A DNA stretch of 64,000 bases from Fibrobacteria bacterium (GTDB lineage Bacteria > Fibrobacterota > Fibrobacteria > UBA11236 > JADFYW01). Positions 20,664 to 29,065 of this stretch are shown here, one piece after another. A model generated the notes under the pieces. That model was given only the letters and a program-made list of their open reading frames with translations, made no database searches and was not told where the DNA came from. The stretch covers positions 64,001 through 128,000 of the forward strand of contig JBNKOC010000028.1 in assembly GCA_050294405.1 (NCBI GenBank). Reading direction: 5' to 3'. How positions within the stretch are numbered: the first letter of the stretch is position 1; each line of letters opens with the position of its first letter. The position numbers and the translations under genes were made by a program.

Positions 20664-21798
20664 AAGCGTTCCTTAGTGAATTGGGAAAATGGGATACATG
20701 TCTTTTTTTTGGAATAGATAATTGGAAAAAGTGCGCTTTGTTGTTTTGAGGGGGAAAGTACTCCAAACCTCCTGCGTGCTGTGTGGCGATTTCCAAAGCT
20801 AAATTAAGGCCAATGCCGCTTCCCCCCTCTCTAAGGCTGGTATAGGGCTTAAATAACATGGGCGAAAAATATTCGGGAACACCTTTTCCGCTGTCGGATA
20901 CTAAAAACCGGATATGAGATGTGTTTTCTTTTAGCGCAAGAGAGACCCAACCACCTTGGCCGCAAAAATCTAAGGCGTTTTCAAGCAACACTTGCAGGGC
21001 CTCAAATATCCAGCGCTTATTGCCTTCAAAGCCTGGACCAGTGTTTTTTTTGGCCGGGTTCCCCTCCAAAAAATGCAGCTTGACTTTGTTTTTATTGGCA
21101 GTGGGATAAAAATAAAGATACAGCTCGTTAATAAGTTCGGGCGCTTGTATGTTGCTCCAACTATCTTGATTTTGAAAGCAGGTATACAATTGCAGTTGAT
21201 GGCTAATATGTTCCCTTAAACTTTTTAGCTTTTGAGATTCCATTTCAAAAATTTTTTGCTGCTTATCCGGCAAAAGAGAAGCGCTATACATCAATTGATT
21301 TTCCAAAGATAACAGTGGAGTTTTTATCTGGTGGCTTAGTTGTATAAATTTTTCTTTATGCTTTTTGGAGGATTCGGCTGATTTTATCCAATGGGGAAAG
21401 TATGTCGTTTTCGCCTTGAAATAAAGTTGGTTAGAAAGGCGAGCCGTTTTTTTTAGAAAAAGGCTTGGGGTATTTGATAGGGGCAACAGTATAAATATCC
21501 ATAATTTTATTTGGCTGCTTATTTCTTTTGGATAGCCATATATATGGTAGTCGGGCCCAAAAATATTTTTTAAACAGTATGAGTAGCGGTAGTTTTTTTT
21601 ATGGTTAACGGGGAAAGAAACCAGATTTTTCAAATATTTATTAAGCGAGGACAAATTTTCGGTTCCCATATTAACGGGGCCCTGTCCATAACATGTATAA
21701 CCCTCCGGATATAACAACAACCAGGAGATTTTAAGCTCTCCGGTTATTTTTGGCCAATAGGGTTTAAACGCAGATATTACATCTATTACCATACACAA
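20653..21798 (-). CDS. Sensor histidine kinase, apparently cytoplasmic (start uncertain)
   Basis: H box LSHQIKTPL, N box LLENALDF, G1 DSGKGV, G2 GGSGIGL; overlaps the response regulator start. Confidence 0.88.
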   Translation of the reverse strand: MCMVIDVISAFKPYWPKITGELKISWLLLYPEGYTCYGQGPVNMGTENLSSLNKYLKNLVSFPVNHKKNYRYSYCLKNIFGPDYHIYGYPKEISSQIKLWIFILLPLSNTPSLFLKKTARLSNQLYFKAKTTYFPHWIKSAESSKKHKEKFIQLSHQIKTPLLSLENQLMYSASLLPDKQQKIFEMESQKLKSLREHISHQLQLYTCFQNQDSWSNIQAPELINELYLYFYPTANKNKVKLHFLEGNPAKKNTGPGFEGNKRWIFEALQVLLENALDFCGQGGWVSLALKENTSHIRFLVSDSGKGVPEYFSPMLFKPYTSLREGGSGIGLNLALEIATQHAGGLEYFPPQNNKAHFFQLSIPKKRHVSHFPNSLRNAYAK

Positions 21799-21992
21799 AC
21801 CATTTTAAAGCAGCCCTATATTAAGAGCCCTCATTCAAATTTTTAAGACAAGCGAGAATTAAGCTTTCTTTGTTTATAAACTAAATAATTGAAAAATTTT
21901 TGTCACGCATTTTTTCAATGCATACATACAAAAATTTTTTGAGGACTTAAAAAAGAGGGATTAAGGCACAGGAAGCGTTGATAGAAACGCTC

Positions 21993-22253
21993 TTAAGTAT
22001 AGGGGTCGAGAGTCTTGCTTAATTTCTCAGAAATATCGTCGGTAATATTGCTGCTAAAATAAAATCCCGATTTAACTCTTTTTTGAACAAGGGCTAATTT
22101 TTCAGCCCGTTCGGCGGAGGCTTGGGAAACTTCCACTTTATCCCTGGTATTAAAAGAAGAAGTCTTTTTATCTTCTTCCTTTTTTTCCTGCTTTAGAACG
22201 CCCTTTTTATCGGTAAGCAGAGAGGCCTGGTAAAAAAAGTTTTTAATTTCCAT
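21993..22253 (-). CDS. flgM: FlgM-like anti-sigma-28 factor
   Basis: 86 aa; DKVEVS and R.EKL..VQKRVKSGFY...DISEKL match the FlgM C-terminal pattern; sigma-28 promoter upstream. Confidence 0.7.
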   Translation of the reverse strand: MEIKNFFYQASLLTDKKGVLKQEKKEEDKKTSSFNTRDKVEVSQASAERAEKLALVQKRVKSGFYFSSNITDDISEKLSKTLDPYT

Positions 22254-22260
22254 AAAAAGC

Positions 22261-22287
22261 TAAAGTGCGCTGTCAAAATGTCGATAT
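22261..22287 (+). promoter_or_regulatory. Sigma-28 promoter, plus strand, facing the flgM promoter
   Basis: TAAA-N15-GTCGATAT versus consensus TAAA-N15-GCCGATAA/T. Confidence 0.65.
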
Positions 22288-22395
22288 ATAACAAAGCGAA
22301 ACTACTGCTACTCCGATTGGGGTAAAAAGGGACGGGGAATACGCTTCTCCGTCTTTTTTTTGCCTTTTTTTAACTAAAAACCCAATATTGTCCAT
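22273..22395 (-). CDS. Possible 40-aa upstream ORF in the flgM leader
   Basis: GAGGA 11 nt before ATG, just downstream of the sigma-28 promoter; MDNIGFLVKKRQKKDGEAYSPSLFTPIGVAVVSLCYISTF*. Confidence 0.3.
   Translation of the reverse strand: MDNIGFLVKKRQKKDGEAYSPSLFTPIGVAVVSLCYISTF
22293..22361 (+). ncRNA. Putative sigma-28-dependent small RNA (~70 nt), antisense to the flgM leader
   Basis: Bounded by the sigma-28 promoter (22261-22287) and a plus-strand intrinsic terminator; no plus-strand gene otherwise explains the terminator; 5' end estimated. Confidence 0.55.
22331..22361 (+). terminator. Rho-independent terminator
   Basis: GACGGGGAA-TACGC-TTCTCCGTC followed by T8; the G:U pair forms only on the plus strand. 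Confidence 0.8.
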
Positions 22396-22418
22396 AGTGC
22401 GTAGAATCCTCTTATTAA

Positions 22419-22445
22419 TAATCGGCTCAATTTGGCAAAACTTTA
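22419..22445 (-). promoter_or_regulatory. Sigma-28 promoter for flgM
   Basis: Minus strand TAAAGTTT-N11-GCCGATTA, one mismatch from the extended consensus TAAAGTTT-N11-GCCGATAA. Confidence 0.85.
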
Positions 22446-22557
22446 GTTTTATTTTTAAAAAATCAATTTTCTGCTCCTCCAGCCTCTTCTGACGGCTTTA
22501 TTTTGAGCTGTGTTCTAGTTATTTTTGGCCCAATTATTTCAACAGCTTGGATTTATT

Positions 22558-23880
22558 ATGGGAACAATCGTTTGCAAGTTTGGCGGAAGCAGTGTAGCTT
22601 CGGCGCAGCAGTTTCAAAAAATTAAAGGCATTGTGGAGATGGACCCCAAAAGGCGGGTAGTGGTTTGCTCCGCCCCAGGCAAAAGGGTTTCCGAAGAAGC
22701 CAAAGTAACGGATTTGTTGTTGAGCTGTCATGAACTGGCTTTAAAAAAGCTGAATTTTGACGGCTTATTCGAAGATATTAAAGAGCGTTACACCAGCATC
22801 CATAGGGATTTGGGTCTTGATTTTAATTTAGAACCAGAGTTGGAGCATATTAAAGAGTCTATTAAAATCGGTGAAAGTAAGGATTATGTGGCATCCAGAG
22901 GGGAGTACCTTTGCGCTTTGCTAATGGCCAATTATTTAAAGGCTGAGTTTGTGGATGCTAAAGATTATATTCATTTCGACCATATGGGCCGGGTATCCCC
23001 TGAAACTTATGGGGCTTTGGGAAAAAAACTTTCAGAGGGGGATAAGCTATTTGTTTTGCCCGGCTTTTATGGTGTGGATTCCAGGGGCAGGATAAAAACT
23101 TTTTCCAGGGGCGGTTCAGATATTAGCGGGGCCATTGCGGCCAGAGCCATCCATGCGGAGCTGTATGAAAACTGGACGGATGTATCTGGCCTTTTGATGG
23201 CGGACCCGCGAATTGTGGCAAACCCACTTCCCATGGATCAGGTTACTTACCGTGAAATCAGGGAGTTGGCTTATATGGGCGCCAATGTATTTCACGATGA
23301 AGCTATTGCTCCTGTGAAGGAATTGAAAATTCCCATTCAAATTAAAAACACCAATAAACCCCAAGACAAGGGAACCACCATATTACATGAGTTAGCTCCC
23401 GATGACAGCATAATAGCGGGAATTGCCGGCAAGGAAAAAGCATGTATTTTCCATATTGAAAAGCCTATGATGAATAAGGAAAAAGGTTTTGGCCGCAAAG
23501 TGCTTGGCATTTTTGAATCCCATGATGTTAATTATGAGCACTCTCCCACGGGCATCGACAGCATGAGTGTGGTGGTTTTGCAGGAAGAGTTAAAAGAAAA
23601 CGAGGATGCTATTGTGGAATCCATTACTCGTATTATGCAGCCAGAAAATGTAACCGTGTCATACGATCTTTCCTTGATTGCCATTGTGGGTGAGGGAATG
23701 AACCACCAAGTGGGCGTAGCGGCCAGCGTATTTGATGCCTTAAGGGATAATGAAATAAACGTGCGCATTATTGATCAAGGATCTTCAGAAGTCAATATTA
23801 TTGTGGGCGTGCAGAATAGCGATTACAAAAAGGCCATTAACTGTATTTATGAAAAATTTGTTTCCGTTTCGGCGAATTAA
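22558..23880 (+). CDS. lysC: Aspartate kinase with two ACT domains
   Basis: KFGGSSVA, VVCSAPGK, SRGE, TFSRGGSD, NWTDVSG...ADPR, ACT domains. Confidence 0.96.
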   Translation: MGTIVCKFGGSSVASAQQFQKIKGIVEMDPKRRVVVCSAPGKRVSEEAKVTDLLLSCHELALKKLNFDGLFEDIKERYTSIHRDLGLDFNLEPELEHIKESIKIGESKDYVASRGEYLCALLMANYLKAEFVDAKDYIHFDHMGRVSPETYGALGKKLSEGDKLFVLPGFYGVDSRGRIKTFSRGGSDISGAIAARAIHAELYENWTDVSGLLMADPRIVANPLPMDQVTYREIRELAYMGANVFHDEAIAPVKELKIPIQIKNTNKPQDKGTTILHELAPDDSIIAGIAGKEKACIFHIEKPMMNKEKGFGRKVLGIFESHDVNYEHSPTGIDSMSVVVLQEELKENEDAIVESITRIMQPENVTVSYDLSLIAIVGEGMNHQVGVAASVFDALRDNEINVRIIDQGSSEVNIIVGVQNSDYKKAINCIYEKFVSVSAN

Positions 23881-23911
23881 TAACGAATTTTAAAAGCGAA
23901 TTCATATTTCA

Positions 23912-23982
23912 TGTGAGCTGCATCACCAGATTGTAAAAGGGTGATGGAGATCACCTCTCGTGAATTGAAAAAATTCCATATT
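23912..23982 (+). promoter_or_regulatory. Tandem CRP-family sites with class II promoter geometry
   Basis: TGTGA-GCTGCA-TCACC (23912-23927), GGTGA-TGGAGA-TCACC (23940-23955), -10-like CATATT at 23977-23982. Confidence 0.75.
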
Positions 23983-24037
23983 TAATTTTAATGTCATTTT
24001 TAATTTTACTACCAAAAGAAATTCATAGGGAGTTTTT

Positions 24038-26815
24038 ATGAAGCACGCCCTCTCCGTACTTATTATCCTCTTTTTTGTGCCATTAACTTCAGCTAAAACC
24101 TATAAGGCCGAAGGTAGAGGTTACACAGAAGAGTCCGCCATCCAAAATGCTCTGAACCAGGCGCTTCAAATGGCAGCTGATGAAATGCTCACAGCAAATA
24201 ATGCCAAAGAAAAAAAAGCGCAAATCCAAAAACAAATAAAAGAAAAAGCCCAAACTTATGTGGCCAATAAAATACTGATATCCAGCGAAAAAGAATTTGG
24301 CCTGGTAAAAGTACTGGTGGCCGCTGAAATCGTTCAAGGGAAACTAAGAAAGGATTTAGCCGCCCAAAAGCTGTTGTATGAAGCCAAAAACAAGCCCCGA
24401 ATTATGATAATGTTGGATGAAAAAAGCTCTGGAGAAGATATGGCAGAAAAAACCGCCAGCCACAAATTCGAAGAAGTCTTGTTACAAAAAGGTTTTAAGC
24501 TTGTAGAACCAGAACAATTTCAAAAAATAAATGAAGCCGAAAAAGCCAGAGCGTTGAATGATAAAGAACTGGCAAGTTTGGGTTTTCGCTTCGGAGCAGA
24601 TTTAATTATTAGAGGGGGGGTAACTGCAGGAAAACCTACCCCAAAAAAAATCTATGGGAAAGACTTTTTCACTGTTCCCGTTCAGTTAAACGCCCATGTC
24701 GTAAAGGCTGACAATGGAGAAATTATTGCTTCTAAAACTAAGCGCGTAAAGAAAAATTCTCAGGAAGAATTTTCCGCTGCCCAATTTGGGTTAGAAAAAG
24801 GCGGAGAAGAATTAGCCAAGGAACTGATGGACGAGCTTTTAGCTTATTGGCAAAGTGAACTGTATGTAAAAAGCAGGGTTGAATTGCAGGCCTTTGGCTT
24901 TGATGTTAATTCCGCCGCGCAATTCCGGGAAAATTTGCAAAAAATTGAATTTGTTGAAGAAGTAAAACTCCGGTTTTTTGAGGGTAAAAATGCTGTTTAC
25001 GATGTGGAGCTCAAAGGTTCAATTCAGGATTTAAGGGAACTTTTTTCAAAGGACAAAATTTTTAATGTATCTATCCATTATATTACAGCCGATAAAATTG
25101 GGGTTAAGAAGGGAAATAATGTTTCGGAAATAAAATTTGAGTATGAGGGTGAAGGACTAAGTATAGAAGAATTCGCCATACAGGAAATCTTTCCTTCCAG
25201 AGTGCGCTACTACGAAAATCATCCTTTGGCAAAAGTGCGGTTTAGTAATTTATCCAATGTGCCTTTGAAAAATGTAAAGGTGAGCGTATACATTCCAAAA
25301 ATTATGGACTTGCCTTCCAATTCAGTGGTTAAGACTATGGCTCCCGGTGAAAATTCCGAAGTGGGCGTGAATTTAATTTTAAACAGTTCCAAATTGTTGT
25401 CTCTTTCCCAAACTCAAACCATGAATGGACAGGTTACTCTTGAATACATTGAAAAAGGAAAAAAGGAAAAACGCCAGCTCACAACCCCAGTAAAGGTCCT
25501 CGATAAAAACGCCATGGATTGGATGGAGCCCGCTTCCTTGGCTTCTTTTATTACCTATCAGGAGCCCACAGTACATAACTTTGCACGGGAGGCCGTATCC
25601 AAACTAAAAGAGTTTGATTTTAATGTGGAAATCAGTTCTGCTATGGCCATATTTGAGGCTCTTAAAGAACATGGTATTAAATATGTAAAAGACCCGAGCG
25701 CCTCTCCGGGTAACAGGGAGTTGGACAGGGTGCAGTTTCCGCATGAAACATTAGAAAGTAAAACCGGGGATTGCGATGATACATCTGTTTTATTTTCCGC
25801 CCTATTAACTGCTGTGGGAATTGAAGCGGCGGTGATTTCGTACCCGGACCATGTATTGGTATGGTTTAATACAGGGGTGTATGCCAAAAATCGCTTGAGT
25901 CTGGGCGCCGACCCCAGGAAAACTATTGTGCACAAGGGCACTATCTGGATTCCGGTGGAAACGACCTTAATATCCAAAGGGTTTACCGAAGCCTGGACAG
26001 TGGCTGCTGAAGAGTTTCAAAAGGCCATTAGTCTGGGAGAACATGTTGCTGTAATTGAATTAAACGAAGCATGGAAGCAATTTGGAGCGGCTGCGCTGGA
26101 TACCAAGGAAAAGTCCTGGAAAATTAAAACCATTGAAAAATCTGTGTTTAGTTCGCAAAAAAAATTAAAAGAAGAAATTATCCAATCCTGGAAAACAGCG
26201 ATTGAAAAAATTGAGAAAAAAGAAAAACCCGATGCCGGTGACTTGAATAAATTGGGCATATTATATGCCAGAGCGGGAAATTACACCAAAGCCCAAAAAA
26301 TTTTCTCCGATATGTTAGCTTATAACAAAATGCCGGAATTTATGAACAACTTAGCTTGCGCCCAGCTTTTAGAAGGAGATGAAAAAAAGGCCCTGTCTAC
26401 TTTTGAAGCGGCACTTAGCAATAAAAAACTTCCGGGGGTGGCTGTAAATAGGGCGCTTACATTTTATGTGGGGGCTCATAATGCCGCCGATTTGGAAAAA
26501 TTTGTTTCCGCATTAAAACAAGCCGAAGAACTTATGCCAAAGGGAACTAAGTTCGACGAATTTATCGGCTTTAATTTAGGAGAGTCCGGAGAAATTCGTT
26601 CGGCTGGAGAACATGAAAAGCAGCAAAAACAAAAAATCAATAAAAGAGAATTAAGAGAACTGATTAAGAAACGCGTATTGTCCAAAAAAATTGAGAAAAA
26701 AATAGGGGCTAAAGAGGGAACTTCTACGGCCTTGCTCCCCTATGGGGGAGTGCGAGGCGCAGATCCGGAGCAAATTGAAAAAATTGTAAACCTGTTGTAT
26801 TGGTACGATATTTAA
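24038..26815 (+). CDS. Exported multidomain protein: FlgT/LPP20-like N-terminus, Ig/CARDB-like domain, transglutaminase-like domain, TPR C-terminus
   Basis: Signal peptide; AEGRG...ESAIQNALNQA; KPRIMIM; IKYVKDP, GDCDD (Cys), PDHV (His), PVETT; LNKLGILYARAGNY..A TPR. Confidence 0.75.
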   Translation: MKHALSVLIILFFVPLTSAKTYKAEGRGYTEESAIQNALNQALQMAADEMLTANNAKEKKAQIQKQIKEKAQTYVANKILISSEKEFGLVKVLVAAEIVQGKLRKDLAAQKLLYEAKNKPRIMIMLDEKSSGEDMAEKTASHKFEEVLLQKGFKLVEPEQFQKINEAEKARALNDKELASLGFRFGADLIIRGGVTAGKPTPKKIYGKDFFTVPVQLNAHVVKADNGEIIASKTKRVKKNSQEEFSAAQFGLEKGGEELAKELMDELLAYWQSELYVKSRVELQAFGFDVNSAAQFRENLQKIEFVEEVKLRFFEGKNAVYDVELKGSIQDLRELFSKDKIFNVSIHYITADKIGVKKGNNVSEIKFEYEGEGLSIEEFAIQEIFPSRVRYYENHPLAKVRFSNLSNVPLKNVKVSVYIPKIMDLPSNSVVKTMAPGENSEVGVNLILNSSKLLSLSQTQTMNGQVTLEYIEKGKKEKRQLTTPVKVLDKNAMDWMEPASLASFITYQEPTVHNFAREAVSKLKEFDFNVEISSAMAIFEALKEHGIKYVKDPSASPGNRELDRVQFPHETLESKTGDCDDTSVLFSALLTAVGIEAAVISYPDHVLVWFNTGVYAKNRLSLGADPRKTIVHKGTIWIPVETTLISKGFTEAWTVAAEEFQKAISLGEHVAVIELNEAWKQFGAAALDTKEKSWKIKTIEKSVFSSQKKLKEEIIQSWKTAIEKIEKKEKPDAGDLNKLGILYARAGNYTKAQKIFSDMLAYNKMPEFMNNLACAQLLEGDEKKALSTFEAALSNKKLPGVAVNRALTFYVGAHNAADLEKFVSALKQAEELMPKGTKFDEFIGFNLGESGEIRSAGEHEKQQKQKINKRELRELIKKRVLSKKIEKKIGAKEGTSTALLPYGGVRGADPEQIEKIVNLLYWYDI

Positions 26816-26847
26816 TTAATACATAACATGGATGCCCCATATCTTAT

Positions 26848-29052
26848 ATGTTACTGACCCTTAAAAAATTCTATAAGGGTTATCAGAAATGGCCCCCGCG
26901 AAAACGCTTAAATACGGGCCTTTTGCTAGCCTGTGCTTTTTCTCTTATTGTTAGCATTGGTCTTTTTTCCACTTCTACATTTAACTCTCTGGAATGGAAA
27001 ATTGCAGATATATACATATCCCAAAAAAAATATAGCCAACCTAATGAAGATATCGTGGTTATAGGAGTAGATGAAAATTTTATCGGCCAATATGGTTGGC
27101 CTTTGGAAAAAAACCTCTATAGCGATTTAATATATTACTTAAGAGAAATGGGGGCAAATGCCATAGCGGTGGACATATTGTTCGACAACCGCCATGGCAA
27201 AATTCCTGAGGATTCCAGCTTTTTACAGGTGGTTTGTGGAACTGAAAATTTAGCCCTCATATACACCACTGTAGAATGGGATAACTCCAACAGACAAGTT
27301 CCTGCCATACTACCAGAAAGTTTTTCAGTTGGAAAAGGGGGGATTCCGGGCTTTAACGTTTCTCAAATTGTGAAACCATACCCGCAAATTTTGGAATGCG
27401 GTCCAAAGCTTGCAAGCCATAATTTGTCTAAACCCTCCAGTGATGGGTATATCCGAATGTTGCCCACCCTAATATCAAGTGGAGGGTATTTATTTCCTTC
27501 TTTGTCGGCTTTATCTGTGGCTCTGCAAAAAAATATCTCTGATTATAAATGGGATAAATCCAAGAGCAGGTTAACTATCGCCGGGAAAACAATACCGGTT
27601 AATGCAAATAGCGAAATGCTTCTCAATTTTAGCCATGAAATTCCATTTTATAACTTGACCGATGTTTATCTGTCGTTTCAGCAATACTTAATGGATGAGA
27701 AAGCAACACTTGGTAAAAATGTCTTTAAGGATAAGTTGGTTTTTATCGGGACATCAGCGAGGCTTTTAGGAGACAACACCCTGGTTCCCGCTCCCTTTTT
27801 ACCTGGAGAAGGCGGCAGCGAAACCCCTAAAGTGTATTTGCACGCTTTGGCCGCCGCCACTATGTTGAGCGAAACCGGAATTAAATATTGGGAACGGCCG
27901 TACAGCGTTTTATTGGGAATTTTGTTAATTGTATTTTGTTTTTTGCTTTTTAATAATGTTTCCATTCGATTTGTGTACATAATTTTGGCGCTGCTATTTG
28001 TTACTGTTTTTGGATTGGCTAACTATTTATACCACATAGGGCATTTCGTTCCCATTGGGGAAGGCCTATTATGCGCTTTTGGGTTTTCCATTTTAGGAAG
28101 CTTAGTGGTGCTGTTTGAAAAGGAAATGGATAGGAACTTTTTATTTGAGTCTTTTAAAACTTATTTGTCTGAAAATTTAATTGAAGAAATGTATAGTAAG
28201 AACATCCGACCCCAACTAGGCGGAGTGGAAGGAATTCGCACGGCTTTTTTCACAGATATTCAGGGCTTTTCCACCTTTTCGGAAGAAATTGGATCCCCCA
28301 CCCGTTTGGTGGAGTTGCTCAATGAATACCTGTCGGAAATGACAGATATATTAATGAAACACGATGGCACTTTGGATAAGTACGAAGGAGATGCCATAAT
28401 CGCTTTTTTTGGAGCGCCCATTGAAATGCCGGATCACGCAGAAAAGGCCTGTCGCGCGGCGTTGGATATGCAGCAAAAACTTTTTGAGTTGCGTCAAAAG
28501 TGGAGAGAGGAAGGGGAGAAGTGGCCTGATATTGTCAAACATATGCGCATGCGCATTGGTATTAATACGGGCGCAATTGTGACAGGTAACATGGGCTCGA
28601 AAATGCGTATGAATTATACCATGATGGGTGATGCGGTAAATTTGGCCGCCCGCTTGGAAAGTATCGCCAAACAATATGGTGTTTATACATTGGTTTCTGA
28701 AGATTGCGCTAAAAGGGTTCGGGCCGAAATTTATTATAGAAAAATAGACAGGATAAAAGTGGTGGGAAAAGCCATTCCGGTAGATGTTTATGAGCTGTTA
28801 GCCTATAAAAAAAATAAAAACGAAAAATTGGAAAAACTAATCCAGCACTTTGAAAAGGCTTACGAATATTATTTTGCCGGGGATTTTAAAAAAGCCCTGG
28901 AAAATTTTAAGATTTGCATTGAACTGGAGCCGGAAAAAGAGCAAGAAAAAAATCCATCTAAAGTTTTAATGGCCCGCTGCGAATTCTTTATAAAAGATGC
29001 TGCTAACATTCCTGAAAATTGGGACGGAGTGTATACGGCAAAGGAAAAATAA
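26848..29052 (+). CDS. CHASE2-domain membrane adenylate cyclase (class III)
   Basis: IVVIGVDE..YGWP, GANAIAVDILF, DGYIR, VFIG, LHA (CHASE2); three TM helices; FTDIQGFS, DKYEGDA, NYTMMGDAVNLAARLE; WDGVY tail. Confidence 0.96.
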   Translation: MLLTLKKFYKGYQKWPPRKRLNTGLLLACAFSLIVSIGLFSTSTFNSLEWKIADIYISQKKYSQPNEDIVVIGVDENFIGQYGWPLEKNLYSDLIYYLREMGANAIAVDILFDNRHGKIPEDSSFLQVVCGTENLALIYTTVEWDNSNRQVPAILPESFSVGKGGIPGFNVSQIVKPYPQILECGPKLASHNLSKPSSDGYIRMLPTLISSGGYLFPSLSALSVALQKNISDYKWDKSKSRLTIAGKTIPVNANSEMLLNFSHEIPFYNLTDVYLSFQQYLMDEKATLGKNVFKDKLVFIGTSARLLGDNTLVPAPFLPGEGGSETPKVYLHALAAATMLSETGIKYWERPYSVLLGILLIVFCFLLFNNVSIRFVYIILALLFVTVFGLANYLYHIGHFVPIGEGLLCAFGFSILGSLVVLFEKEMDRNFLFESFKTYLSENLIEEMYSKNIRPQLGGVEGIRTAFFTDIQGFSTFSEEIGSPTRLVELLNEYLSEMTDILMKHDGTLDKYEGDAIIAFFGAPIEMPDHAEKACRAALDMQQKLFELRQKWREEGEKWPDIVKHMRMRIGINTGAIVTGNMGSKMRMNYTMMGDAVNLAARLESIAKQYGVYTLVSEDCAKRVRAEIYYRKIDRIKVVGKAIPVDVYELLAYKKNKNEKLEKLIQHFEKAYEYYFAGDFKKALENFKICIELEPEKEQEKNPSKVLMARCEFFIKDAANIPENWDGVYTAKEK

Positions 29053-29065
29053 GGGAGTACATGAA

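Noticed and set aside
22253..22395. Programmed frameshift joining the uORF to flgM at the A-run/hairpin
   Set aside because: A -1 shift gives the wrong frame, and the flgM frame has an in-frame TAG three codons before its ATG
22446..22557. Lysine riboswitch upstream of lysC
   Set aside because: Too little space and no L-box motifs; the nearby terminator belongs to the sigma-28 unit
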